From: Mobula hypostoma
Lineage: Eukaryota
Direction of reading: 5' to 3'
DNA length: 64,000 nucleotides
Assembly (NCBI RefSeq): GCF_963921235.1
Contig: NC_086100.1
Location: 60,574,001-60,638,000 of the forward strand
Each line of letters starts with the position of its first letter. Within the stretch, counting starts at the first letter, position 1. Made by a program: the position numbers and the translations under genes. The notes beneath the pieces were generated by a model, which was not told the DNA's origin, ran no database searches, and saw only the letters and a program-made list of their open reading frames with translations. Of this stretch, positions 42,501-50,990 are shown piece after piece.

Positions 42501-45500
42501 AAGACCAGATTCATAAGTGTGTTTATTTTTACAGAATAGGCTATTATATAATAACTAAATACTCCAAATGAATACAGAACTTTATAGAATTTTTTTTAAA
42601 TCAAGACTATAAATTGAGACTGAGCCTCTCCAGAAAAGAAGTAGGAGGTAAGCAACTCTTGAACCAGTCAGTTTAGGAACACACAGATTTCTCTTACGTC
42701 TGTATTATTACAAGCTCGTGCCTTCCCCTGTCCTCATACACAATTTATTAAACAAAGCATTACTTAAATTCGGCAAAATTACCTCTCACATTGCTTGCAA
42801 AAATGAACATTTACTTGTTTTGGGATTCCTTCTGTGATATCAACTTGGATCCGCAAGCAGGCAACACACATATTTGCAGGATTTGGAGAGATAGGGACAC
42901 CACACTGGCAACATAAACTAAGGATGAAAGAAAACAAAATTAATTTCAAAGGGACTTAACAAATAAAACATTGTGCAACAGCACATACCTTCCCATATTC
43001 TAGAAAGGAAGCTGATAAGACCAAGTTTTTTTGAACTTTACAAGTTCAGTGAATCATTTTCTTAATATTTAGTTATAAATGTTGAGAATTTGAAAGCTAG
43101 GGGCAAGGGCTTAGACCACTTCAGTTTATTATTTAAACAAATTGATTCACTGCTTAATCTAGAAAACTTGATTTCTTTTAAACATGTATGATCATAACCT
43201 TGCACACACTTGTTAATAATGCTTTGCACTCCCAGCAATAGAAAATGATCTGATGGAAAATGGATAATTGTGCATCAGCTGGATATTTAAGGCACAAAAG
43301 GCATGATCAATATCAGAAGTTAGTCACAGGTTACCAGATCAGAAAGCAAAGCTGTTCTCTGTTAACCTGTTGCTGGAAGCAATTGCTTGGTAGACAAGTA
43401 TTCAAAGAGCAGCCAATGTTTAAACAGTTTAATGCACAGTTGCACAACAGCAGCAAAGTTGAGGTGATGAACGTTGGAAAATATATCAATTTTAATTACA
43501 AACAACAGGAATTCTGCAGATGCTGGAAATTCAAGCAACATACATCAAAGATGCTGGTGAACGCAGCAGGCCAAGCAGCATCTGTAGGAAGAGGTGCAGT
43601 CGACGCAGGAATTCTGCAGATGCTGGAAATTCAAACACCTCTTCCTACAGATGCTGCTTGGCCTGCTGCGTTCACCAGCAACTTTCATCAATTTTAATTA
43701 GATCTTATTGCACAAGAAGCAACTATTTTGTTTGTAATTCCCACGCTTGTTTGTAAACATCCGTCCTATTTGTTCCCTGCTTGTACCCCATAATGCTACA
43801 AATCGCCTCCAAATCTCATACACCATTTCCTTTCAAAGATCATCTTTTGTTGATCCAACACTTTCCGATCATAATTCTGTGTGAAATGAATTCTCATCAC
43901 ATGTCCTACCCTTTTGTCAATTATTTCCTTCACCTTGTCTGGTTTGGCAGAGTCTACAGAAATGAGGTTAAACAGCAGAGGGGTCATGGACAGTATCCAG
44001 ACTACAGAAGTGGATCGTAAACACAAAATACTCTGCAGATACTGGAGTCAAAGCAACACTCACAACACGCTAGAGGAACTCAGCAGATCGGGTAGCATCC
44101 ATGGAAATGATCAGTCAACATTTCTGGCACCTCTGCTCCGTCCGCCATAACAGACAGGATCTTCTGGTTGCCACCCACTTCAACTCTGCTTCCCATTCCC
44201 ATTCGGATATGTCTATACATGGCCTCCTCTACTGCCATGATGAGGCTAAACTCAGGTTGGAGGAGCAACACCTCATATATCGTCTAAGTAGTCTCCAGCC
44301 CCTTGGTATGAACATTGAATTCTCCAATTTCCAGTAATTCCCTCCCCCTCCCTTCCCCTATCCCTATTTCACTGTGCCCCCTCCCCCAGCTGCCTACTAC
44401 CTCCCTCATGGTTCCACCTCCTTCTACTACTCATTGTGTTTTCCCCTATTCCTTCTTCACCTTTCCTGCCTATCACCTCCCTGCCTCCCTTCCCCACCCC
44501 TTTATCTTTCCCCTTACTGGTTTTTCACCTGGAACCTACCAGCCTTCTCCTTCCCACCCTCCCCCCACCTTCCTTATAGGGCCTCTGCCCCTTCCCTCTA
44601 CAGTCCTGACGAAGGGTTCCGGCCTGAAACGTTGACTGATCATTTCCACGGATGCTGCCCGACCTGCTGAGTTCCTCCAGCGTGTTGTGAGTGTAATAGA
44701 AGTGGAGATGCTTGCTGTCTTGAGACAAATTAGGGTAGATAAGTCCCCAGGGCCTGACAAGGACCTTGTGGGGCTAGTGCAGAAATTACAGGGCCCCGAG
44801 AGGTATTTAAAACATCATTTACCATGGATGAGGCGCTAGAGGACTGGAGGATAGCTAACATCCACTGCTCAAGAAAGGCTCCAAAAATAAGCTGGGAAAT
44901 TAAGGCCAGTGAGCCTAACATCAGTGGTGGATAAGTTATTGGAACATATTCTAAGACACAGGGTATATAAGTATTTGGATAAACAGGGCATGTTTAATGA
45001 TAGTCAGTTTGGCTTTGTGTCTAACCGATCTTACAAAATTTTTATAGATTACCAGGAAAGCTGATGGAGGAAAGGCAGTGGGCATTGTCAACGTTGACTT
45101 TAGCACATTCCCACATGGGAGGCAGGTGGAGCAAGTTCAGTCGGTTGGCATTCAGGGTGAGGTGGTGAACTGGATTTGACATTGGCTTCATGGGAGAAGC
45201 CAGAGAGTGGTAGCAAATGGTTGCCTCTCTGACCGGAGGCCTGTGATCAGAGATGTGCTGCAGGAATCAATACCAGGTCCATTATTGTTTGTAATCTATA
45301 TTAATAATTTGGATTATAATGTGTTATACTGGATCAGCAAGTTTGCAGATGACACCAAGTATGGGGCATAATGGACAGAGAGGAAGGCTCCCAAAGATTA
45401 CAGTGGGATCTGCACCAGCTGGAAAAATGGGGTGAAAAATGGCAGATGGAATTTAATGCAGGCAAGTGTGAGGTGTTCCACTTTGAAAGGACAAAACTGG

Positions 45501-48500
45501 GTAGAACTTACAGTCACGAGAAAATCTGCAGATGCTGGAAACTCAAGCAACACACACAAAATGCTGGTGCAACACACACAAAATGCTGGTGGAACACAGC
45601 AGGCCAGGCAGCATCTATAGGAAGAAGTACAGTCGACGTTTCGGGCTGAGACCCTTTGACAGGACTAACTGAAAGAAGAGATAGTAAGAGTTTTGAAAGT
45701 GGGAGGGGTCGGGGAGATCTGAAATGATAGGAGAAAACAGGAGGGGGAGGGATGAAGCTAAGATCTGGAAAGTTGATTGGCAAAAGGGATACAGAGTTGG
45801 AGAAGGAGTGGATCATGGGACAGGAGGCCTAGGGAGAAAGAAAGGGGGAAGGGAGCCCAGAGGAAGATGGAGAGCAGGCAAGGAGTGATTGTGAGAGGGA
45901 CAGGGAGAGAAGAAAAAAAGGGGGGGGAAATAAAAATAAATAAGGTATGGAGTAAGAAGGGGAGGAGGGCCATTAACAGAAGTCAGAGAAATCAATGTTC
46001 ATGCCATCAGGTTGGAGGCTACCCAGACGGAATATAAGGTGTTGTTCCTCCAACCTGAGTGTGGCTTCATCTTGACAGTAGAGGAGGCCATAGATTGACA
46101 TATCAGAATGGGAATAGGACGTGGAATTAAAATGGATGGCCACTGGGAGATCCCGCTTTCTCTGGCGGACAGAGCGTAGGTGTTCAGTGAAATGGTCTCC
46201 CAGTCTGCGTCGGGTCTCACCAATATATAGAAGGTCACACCGGGAGCACCAGACGCAGTATATCACCCCAGCCGACTCACAGGTGAAGTGTCACCTCACC
46301 TGGAAGGACTGTCTGGGGCCCCTGAATGGTGGTGAGGGAGGAAGTGTAAGGGCAGGTATAGTACTTGTTCCGCTTACAAGGATAAGTGCCAGGAGGGAGA
46401 TCGGTGGGAAGGGATGTGGCGGGGGGACGAATGGACAAGGGAGTCACATAGGGAGCGATCCCTGTGGGAAGCAGAAAGGCGGGGGGAGGGAAAGATGTGC
46501 TTGGTGGTGAGATCCCGTTGGGAGGTGGTGGAAGTTGCTTACACAGTGAAAGGTAGAACACTAAGGAGTGGGACCGAAACGTGGGAATACAGATCCATAA
46601 TTCTTGAAAACGATGTCACAGGTAGATAGAGACGTAAAGAGAGCTTTTGGCACATTAGCCTTCATATATCAGAGTACTGAGTACAGGAGTTAGGATGTTA
46701 TGTCGAAGTTGTATAAGATGTCGGCGAGACCAAATTTGGAATATTGTGTACAGTGTTGGTTACCTACCTAAGGAAAAATATGAGCAAGATTGAAAGAGTA
46801 GAGAGAAAATTTACAAGGATGCTGGCAGGAGTTGAGGACCTGAGTTATGGGAAAATATTGAATAGGTTAGGATGTTATTCCCTGGAACCTGAGAGAATGA
46901 AGGGAGATTTGATAGAGGTACACAAAATTATGAGGGGTAAATGCAAGCAGGCTTTTTCCACTGAGGTTGGGTGACACTAGAACTAGACGTCATGTTAAAG
47001 ATAAAAGGTGAAATATTTAAGGGGAACCTGAGGTGGAACTTCTTTACACAGAGGACAATGTGAGTTCAAATGAGCTGCCAGTGGAAGCGGTGGATACAGG
47101 ATCAATTGCAATGTTTAAGAGAAGTTTAGATAAGTGCACAGATGGGAGAAATATAGAAAGCTATGGTTCACCTACAGGTCAATGGGGCTATGCAGAATAA
47201 CAGTTCAGCACAGACTAGACGGGCCTAGGGGCCTATTTCTGTGCTACAGAGCTCTATATCTCTACTTCACATTTACAACCAGTCAGTAAACTCAGCTGCC
47301 AGTGGAAATAATGTTCTCTATTTGATTTATCAAATTCCTTCAATTACTTATATTTATTCATAATTATCCTAGAAACTATCCGAGCTTCTCCAATCGATCC
47401 ACACAACTGAAGTCCCTCACCACTCGTACCACTGAGTAAACCTCTTCCATTACTACCCTCGAAATCATTCTGAGGAGCAGTGCCTAAAAGTTCCTACTGG
47501 TTTAGTATGATTTTTGTTTATGTAGTGAATGCTCTTTTTCACAAGTAGCCCAAATACACTGCTGAGTGCCACTACAATCTTGCCCTGCCACTGTCTAGAA
47601 CATACAATACACATTTTTATCTACCCATCCTCCTTCTATTATCTTAATTATCTCCAAATCTTTCCACGTCTGCATGTGTGACACCAGGCTACTTCTTTTG
47701 AGCTCTCTCATAGTTTTAGCATTGTACAGCACAGAAACTAGTTCTTTGGCCAATAAATTGATGCTGCTCTTTTATCTCCATCTACCCTTTGTATCCTTCT
47801 AAACCTTGCCAAGTTAAATACCTGTTTAAATGTCTTCTGAACATAATAGTTAAATTTGACCCCAATACCTCCTCTTGCATTGTGTTCCAGATTTTAAAAA
47901 TATCCTTTAGATCCCCCTTCAAACCAACTAATATGGGAAAAAGATTTTGACAATCTACCCTATCTATGCTTCTCCTAATCTTACATAATTCTATAGTGTA
48001 GCATACAAACAGGACTTACAACTTACTGTGTCTCCACCAATCACAATACCGATTTATTTCCATCTGCCTGCTCATGGTCCATACCCCGCTACTCACTATC
48101 TGTGCATGTATCAATCTAAACATTACTATCATACTGTATGTTTCCAAGGCTGCCCTGGAAGCATATTCCAGACACCTACATAGTTTGTGTAAAATAAAAC
48201 TTGCCTCGTGCTTTTCCTGTACAGCACTGGACAGGCCATTCAGCTCACGATGCTGTGCTGATCTTGATGCCAATTTATATTAAATGTCCTCCTCCAGTTT
48301 ATCATCCATATCCCTCTATTATCTTCTTATTCATGTGTTTACCTAGAAGCCTCAAACTCCACCAAACTGCCTGATCCACTGTGGCACAGCAGCATAGAGG
48401 TTAGCACAATGCTTTACGGTACCAGCAAATTGGTTCATTTCCCGCCGCTGTCTGTAAGGAGTTTGTACGTTCTCCCTAAGTTGGCGTGGGCTTCCTCAAG

Positions 48501-50669
48501 GTCTCCAGTTTTCTCCCACAGATCAAAGGCGTATCAGCTGGTAGGCTGATCGGCCATTGTAAATTGTCTGTGGTTCAATCAGGGTTGTTTGGCGGCAGAG
48601 CTCCAAGGGCTGGAAGAGCCCATTCCACGCTGTATCTCAATAAACAAGCATTTTCCAGGTACCTCTGGTGTTTGATATTTCTTCCCTAGTACGCAGATTT
48701 TGACTGTCTACCCAATCTATGCCATTCATAAATTTAAACCCTCTATCAGGTTTCCCCTGAACCCCCCAAAGCTGTAAGGACAACACAAGTTTGTCTAACC
48801 ATTCTTTATAGCTCATACCCTCTAATCCAGGCAGCATGCTGGCAACCTCCTTCTGCACCCTCTCCACATGCATACAATGGGGTGGCCAAAAATGCACCTA
48901 ATATGCCAAGTATGGTTTGACTAAAATTTTATATTGATGCAGCATAATTTCCTTATTCTAAAACCCACCACATCAAGAACTCAAGATCCCTTTGCATCTC
49001 AATTCTAGTCAGGAGTCTAGTATTAACCGTATAATTCCTCCTTTGACTGCCTGAAGTGCAACACCTCACACTTGTCTGGATTAAACTTCATCTGCCACTT
49101 CTGTAACTACATCTGCAACAGATCAATACCTCACTATTTTCTTTGGTAGTCCTTTACATTGTGTACAGCTCCAACAATCTTGCTAATCCACCCATCTAAA
49201 TTTCCATCCAAATCTTTGATATAAGAGGTCCTAGCACTGATTCTTGCAAAACACCACCGATCATGGACTTCTAGCCAGATTGACAACCTTCCACTCTTAC
49301 TCTGACTTCTGTGGGCCAGAACCAGTTCCTAATCCAAAAATGGTACCTGATGGCTCATACAGACAAGGTCGGTCGAAAGTTTCCATGATGTATTAACCAC
49401 GACTTTACAATTTCTGCTAGAAGTACTAAGAGGGTCAGAGGGCATCTGTGGAAAGAAAAGTCAGGAGAGACTACAGATGCCAGAATCGCAAGTTGTCTCC
49501 CCCCAGCGTGAGGTATGTTGCTTATGGAAAGAGAAACAATTAAAGTTCCAGTTTCCAGATGCTCTGACTTTCTTTTTCCACAAATGCTGCCTGAATAATT
49601 TCCGCAAACAACAGGAATTCTGCAGATGCTGGAAATTCAAGCAACACACATCAAAGTTTCTGGTGAACACAGCAGGCCAGGCAGCATCTCTAGGAAGAGG
49701 TACAATATCCTTGTAAGCGGAACAAGTGCTACACATGCCCTTACACTTCCTCCATTACCACCATTCAGGGCCCCAAACAGTCCTTCCAGGTGAGGTGACA
49801 CTTCACCCGTGAGTCGGCTGGGGTGATATACTGCGTCCGGTGCTCCCGATGTGGCCTTCTATATATTGGCAAGACCCGACGCAGACTGGGAGACCGCTTT
49901 GCTGAACACCTACGCTCTGTCCGCCAGAGAAAGCAGGATCTCCCAGTGGCCACACATTTTAATTCCACATCCCATTCCCATTCTGACATGTCTATCCACG
50001 GCCTCCTCTACTGTAAAGATGAAGCCACACTCAGGTTGGAGGAACAACACCTTATATTCCGTCTGGGTAGCCTCCAACCTGACGGCATGAACATCGCCTT
50101 CCCTAACTTCTGCTAAGGCCCCACCTCCCCCTCGTACCCCATCCGTTATTTATTTTTATACACACATTCTTTCTCTCACTCTGCTTTATCTCCCTCTGTC
50201 CCTCTGAATATACCCCTTGCCCATCCTCTGGGTCCCCCCCACCTCCTTGTCTTTCTTCCCGGACCTCCTGTCCCATTATCCTTTCATATCCCTTTTGCCA
50301 ATCACCTGTCCAGCTCTTGGCTCCATCCCTCCCCCTCCTGTCTTCTCCTATCATTTTGGATCTCCCCCTCCCCCTCCCACTTTCAAATCCCTTACTAACT
50401 CTTCCTTCAGTTAGTCCTGACGAAGGGTCTCGGCCTGAAACGTCGACTGCACCTCTTCCTAGAGATGCTGCCTGGCCTGCTGCGTTCACCAGCAACTTTG
50501 ATGTGTGTTGCTTGAATAATTTCCACATTTACTTGAGATTTCCAGCACCTGCGGCTTACTTTGTTTAATCTTCACTCCCGTGGAATGGGTTTGTGCTGTG
50601 ATCAGGCACTGATATCGCTACTCACATGTGGCCCTGGGTGCTGGTGGCTGGCTCCTTCAGGTACTCCAT
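383..50669 (-). CDS. NMD3: NMD3, 60S ribosomal export adaptor; complete spliced CDS, 15 coding exons, 504 aa
   Basis: Manual exon assembly: 44+135+97+81+129+91+79+97+118+146+113+73+107+71+134 = 1515 nt, all GT-AG, phases match. Protein [35 protein letters not shown]...[28 protein letters not shown] matches vertebrate NMD3, including Cys zinc motifs and the C-terminal leucine-rich NES. Confidence 0.98.
1375..1950 (+). mobile_element. Old CR1 LINE 3' fragment
   Basis: Degenerate [13 protein letters not shown] and downstream CR1 3' sequence; boundaries approximate. Confidence 0.7.
2498..2568 (-). CDS. NMD3: NMD3 coding exon 14 ([23 protein letters not shown])
   Basis: [14 protein letters not shown] motif; AG/GTAAGT. 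Confidence 0.96.
3165..4880 (+). mobile_element. CR1 LINE, 5'-truncated RT/3' half with frameshifts
   Basis: ORF pieces [47 protein letters not shown]. Confidence 0.92.
6385..7225 (+). mobile_element. Penelope-like element fragment (GIY-YIG, pyrimidine tract, pLTR end)
   Basis: C..C..C motif, frameshifted YIGETR/FAKHL..VATHFN; decayed hammerhead at ~7123-7160. Confidence 0.88.
7400..10560 (+). mobile_element. Degenerate near-full-length CR1 (ORF1 esterase remnant, APE, RT, 3' end), interrupted by a Rex1 fragment
   Basis: [10 protein letters not shown]-like ORF1 motif near 7780; MGDLQY/GSDHN-like APE motifs; NFQKAFDK; CR1 tail at ~10500-10560. Confidence 0.85.
9934..10325 (-). mobile_element. 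Rex1/Babar-like LINE 3' fragment nested in CR1
   Basis: (CTGATT)-type tail; closely similar to the 3' end of the 36836-38070 copy. Confidence 0.8.
10765..10871 (-). CDS. NMD3: NMD3 coding exon 13 ([36 protein letters not shown])
   Basis: Basic NLS region RNWKLK; AG/GT. Confidence 0.96.
11280..12090 (-). mobile_element. CR1 RT/3' fragment
   Basis: [26 protein letters not shown] in ORF 11353..11718. Confidence 0.85.
12490..13500 (-). mobile_element. CR1 3' fragment (host of the SINE)
   Basis: [13 protein letters not shown]...[13 protein letters not shown]; AGAAACAT-repeat tail on the + strand. Confidence 0.9.
12519..12798 (+). mobile_element. Young tRNA-headed SINE inserted in a CR1 3' tail
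   Basis: A box TGGCGCAATGA (12530-12540), B box GGTTCGAAACC (12574-12584), A-rich tail, AAAACC duplicated on both sides, many intact CpGs. Confidence 0.85.
13809..13881 (-). CDS. NMD3: NMD3 coding exon 12 ([24 protein letters not shown])
   Basis: Conserved sequence; AG/GTAAG. Confidence 0.96.
14158..14270 (-). CDS. NMD3: NMD3 coding exon 11 ([38 protein letters not shown])
   Basis: RTHLGHLL motif; AG/GT. Confidence 0.97.
15420..17365 (-). mobile_element. Ty3/Gypsy LTR retrotransposon remnant: gag, protease and integrase C-terminus, putative PPT and 3' LTR
   Basis: Minus-strand translation gives [29 protein letters not shown] (gag), CHRCGEDH and CPFCQK knuckles (~16700-16805), FKVDTGS protease (DTG 16521-16529), [13 protein letters not shown] and [14 protein letters not shown] (IN C-terminus); purine tract at 15621-15635. 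Confidence 0.85.
17370..18570 (-). mobile_element. CR1 RT/3' fragment with internal deletions, interrupted by a SINE
   Basis: [33 protein letters not shown]. Confidence 0.9.
17922..18096 (+). mobile_element. V-SINE/HE1-type SINE, 3' half
   Basis: GTGCTCCAGTTTCCTACCACAGTCC..GGTTAATTGGTCATT..AAATTG core and A-rich tail. Confidence 0.75.
18575..18745 (-). mobile_element. V-SINE/HE1-type SINE, 5' half
   Basis: tRNA-like head GTGGTGCAGCTAGTAGAGCCACTGCCTCACAG plus V-domain TTTGCATGTTTTCCC..GGGTTTCCTCC. Confidence 0.8.
18822..19515 (-). mobile_element. L1-clade LINE 3' fragment with A-rich tail and a 7-bp TSD
   Basis: ORF 19210..19410 ([23 protein letters not shown]) matches a fish-type L1 ORF2 C-terminus; AATAAA and A tail; GATTTTT at 18815-18821 and 19516-19522. 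Confidence 0.85.
19629..19774 (-). CDS. NMD3: NMD3 coding exon 10 ([49 protein letters not shown])
   Basis: Conserved sequence; CAG/GTAAGT. Confidence 0.96.
19993..20110 (-). CDS. NMD3: NMD3 coding exon 9 ([39 protein letters not shown])
   Basis: Conserved sequence; AG/GTAAGT. Confidence 0.97.
20730..21490 (-). mobile_element. CR1 3' fragment
   Basis: Same tail and RT C-terminal sequence as the other CR1 copies. Confidence 0.8.
22015..22945 (+). mobile_element. Penelope-like element fragment with an open 97-aa GIY-YIG segment
   Basis: [28 protein letters not shown]...[19 protein letters not shown]; pLTR end with hammerhead-like motif. Confidence 0.92.
23335..23431 (-). CDS. NMD3: NMD3 coding exon 8 ([32 protein letters not shown])
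   Basis: Conserved sequence; AG/GT. Confidence 0.97.
24447..24525 (-). CDS. NMD3: NMD3 coding exon 7 ([27 protein letters not shown])
   Basis: Within ORF 24386..24574; AG/GT. Confidence 0.97.
25258..26980 (+). mobile_element. Chapaev3-type DNA transposon, internally deleted, with TIRs and TTA TSD
   Basis: TIRs CACTGGACAACAAA / CACTGGACAGCAAA; TTA at 25255-25257 and 26981-26983; transposase relics [18 protein letters not shown] (25671), [65 protein letters not shown]. Confidence 0.92.
27175..27660 (+). mobile_element. CR1 3' end
   Basis: RMRGDxIEVYKI-like translation; CTATGACT tail. Confidence 0.8.
27893..27983 (-). CDS. NMD3: NMD3 coding exon 6 ([30 protein letters not shown])
   Basis: [14 protein letters not shown] motif; AG/GTAAGT. 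Confidence 0.97.
28078..28573 (+). mobile_element. Non-autonomous Tc1-like element
   Basis: TIR CACTCACT(A/G)GCCAC preceded by TA; transposase N-terminus [34 protein letters not shown]. Confidence 0.88.
29570..29862 (-). mobile_element. Rex1/Babar-like 3' fragment with (TCTA)n tail nested in CR1
   Basis: GGGATTAATAAAGTATATCTATCTATC-type tail on the minus strand. Confidence 0.7.
31511..31550 (+). mobile_element. 40-bp 5'-truncated copy of the RTE-type element seen at 53195-53755
   Basis: ATGGTGTCGAGGTCTTCACCAATGACGATGGACGAACACA flanked by a 12-bp TSD (GATTTTCCAATC / GATTTTTCAATC). Confidence 0.88.
32083..32211 (-). CDS. NMD3: NMD3 coding exon 5 ([43 protein letters not shown])
   Basis: CxxC and [10 protein letters not shown] motifs; AG/GT. 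Confidence 0.97.
32565..34105 (-). mobile_element. Tigger/pogo-like DNA transposon derivative
   Basis: TA-flanked TIRs CAGGT(T/G)TCCCC...TATGAAAC; TIGD1-like C-terminal relics [18 protein letters not shown] and [17 protein letters not shown]. Confidence 0.9.
33001..33307. repeat. Long inverted repeat (~145-bp arms, short spacer) inside the Tigger element
   Basis: Arms ..AAACAAGCTAATTAATTAGGTGCCGCC..CCCAGATCAGAGGC / GCCTCTGATCTGGG..GGCGGCACCTAATTAATTAGCTTGTTT; mirrored ORFs MFISAFFL (-) and MFITAFFL (+). Confidence 0.95.
34339..34419 (-). CDS. NMD3: NMD3 coding exon 4 ([27 protein letters not shown])
   Basis: Conserved WTEPHSKR motif; CAG/GTAAG boundaries. Confidence 0.97.
35160..35572 (-). 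mobile_element. Penelope-like 3' fragment (older subfamily)
   Basis: DEATL..EQ..MNIDF remnant and pLTR end with decayed hammerhead. Confidence 0.8.
35886..35982 (-). CDS. NMD3: NMD3 coding exon 3 ([32 protein letters not shown])
   Basis: Within ORF 35760..35999; AG/GT boundaries. Confidence 0.97.
36025..36305. repeat. Degenerate minisatellite, 5 units of ~45-65 bp with core GGAGGAGGGATTTGGGGGTTGATGTGCCTGATCC
   Basis: Cores start at ~36047, 36105, 36162, 36228 and 36271, separated by T-rich spacers. Confidence 0.85.
36836..38070 (-). mobile_element. Rex1/Babar LINE, 5'-truncated, open 319-aa RT C-terminal half
   Basis: [43 protein letters not shown]; (CTGATT)n tail. Confidence 0.92.
38295..40695 (+). 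mobile_element. Degenerate Rex1/Babar LINE (5' UTR, APE, RT)
   Basis: AAGATGG start; LANV.S..NKID.L, GDLNSA, LDHCY, GKSDH (APE); [10 protein letters not shown]. Confidence 0.9.
40696..42135 (+). mobile_element. CR1 RT/3' half inserted into the Rex1 copy; a Rex1-like tail resumes at ~42136-42300
   Basis: [42 protein letters not shown]. Confidence 0.9.
42783..42917 (-). CDS. NMD3: NMD3 coding exon 2 ([45 protein letters not shown])
   Basis: AG/GT boundaries; conserved Cys motifs. Confidence 0.97.
43499..43690. mobile_element. Fold-back composed only of Penelope pLTR end fragments
   Basis: ~45-bp perfect inverted repeat (43553-43596 / 43636-43680) enclosing a duplicated CAGGAATTCTGCAGATGCTGGAAATTCAA. 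Confidence 0.85.
44018..44697 (+). mobile_element. Penelope-like element with inverted 5' pLTR piece, inserted in CR1
   Basis: [30 protein letters not shown]; flanked by duplicated AGAAGTGGA. Confidence 0.9.
44601..44638 (+). ncRNA. Minimal hammerhead ribozyme motif (Penelope-associated), core intact, GUU triplet
   Basis: CAGTC-CTGACGA-AGGGTTCCGGCCT-GAAA-C-GTT^GACTG. Confidence 0.75.
45514..46535 (-). mobile_element. Penelope-like element fragment with an open 97-aa GIY-YIG segment
   Basis: ORF 45973..46266 ([10 protein letters not shown]); tandemly duplicated GCAACACACACAAAATGCTGGT near the terminus. Confidence 0.92.
47720..49340 (-). mobile_element. Several old CR1 3' fragments
   Basis: [23 protein letters not shown]. 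Confidence 0.7.
48381..48650 (+). mobile_element. V-SINE/HE1-type SINE, near full length
   Basis: tRNA-like head, GGAGTTTGTACGTTCTCCC V-domain, TGTATCTCAATAAA tail. Confidence 0.82.
49606..50517 (+). mobile_element. Penelope-like element with inverted 5' pLTR piece and open 97-aa GIY-YIG segment
   Basis: ORF 49823..50116; terminal inverted copies at ~49635-49704 and ~50447-50517. Confidence 0.92.
50413..50448 (+). ncRNA. Minimal type I hammerhead ribozyme motif (Penelope-associated), core intact
   Basis: AGTC-CTGACGA-AGGGTCTCGGCCT-GAAA-C-GTC^GACT: stem I AGTC/GACT, stem II AGG/CCT, palindromic ACGT in place of stem III. Confidence 0.8.
50626..50669 (-). CDS. NMD3: NMD3 coding exon 1 ([15 protein letters not shown])
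   Basis: ATG at 50669 in CAGATGG context; GTGAGT donor from 50625. Confidence 0.95.
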
Positions 50670-50990
50670 CTGGGCTCTACGCCGCGTCTGCAGTGCAAAG
50701 GGGAAGCCGGAGCAGTCAGTCGGCCTAGCTCCGCTCCCGCATAGCGCCTCGCCGCTTTCCTACTGGAACCCGGAGGAGGAAAAGGACGCCGAGAGCGAGG
50801 ATGCGAAAGCAATGGCTGCCCGCAGTTGCGCCGCAGCGTGTCCCCGACAGGCCCCCACCACCCACCCCTACAGCTGGCCACGCCGCGCCTGTCACGACAC
50901 ACTCTGACTGTGGCCTTGGAGATCCCACCAGAGGAGAGTGTGTAACGGGAAAATAGGAGCAGAGTGCGATATTCGCTCCTTCGAGCCTGC
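50640..50990 (-). promoter_or_regulatory. CpG-rich promoter and 5' UTR region of NMD3
   Basis: Abrupt GC/CpG enrichment upstream of the NMD3 ATG; candidate acceptor at 50688-50689 and donor at 50762-50763. Confidence 0.75.

Larger units (their letters stand above)
43945..47265 (+). mobile_element. CR1 RT/3' half split by two Penelope insertions
   Basis: [37 protein letters not shown]; CR1 tail at ~47200-47265. Confidence 0.88.

Noticed and set aside
50626-50928. ORFs of 67-93 aa at the NMD3 5' end
   Set aside because: CpG-island artefacts overlapping the real first coding exon in other frames or on the other strand.
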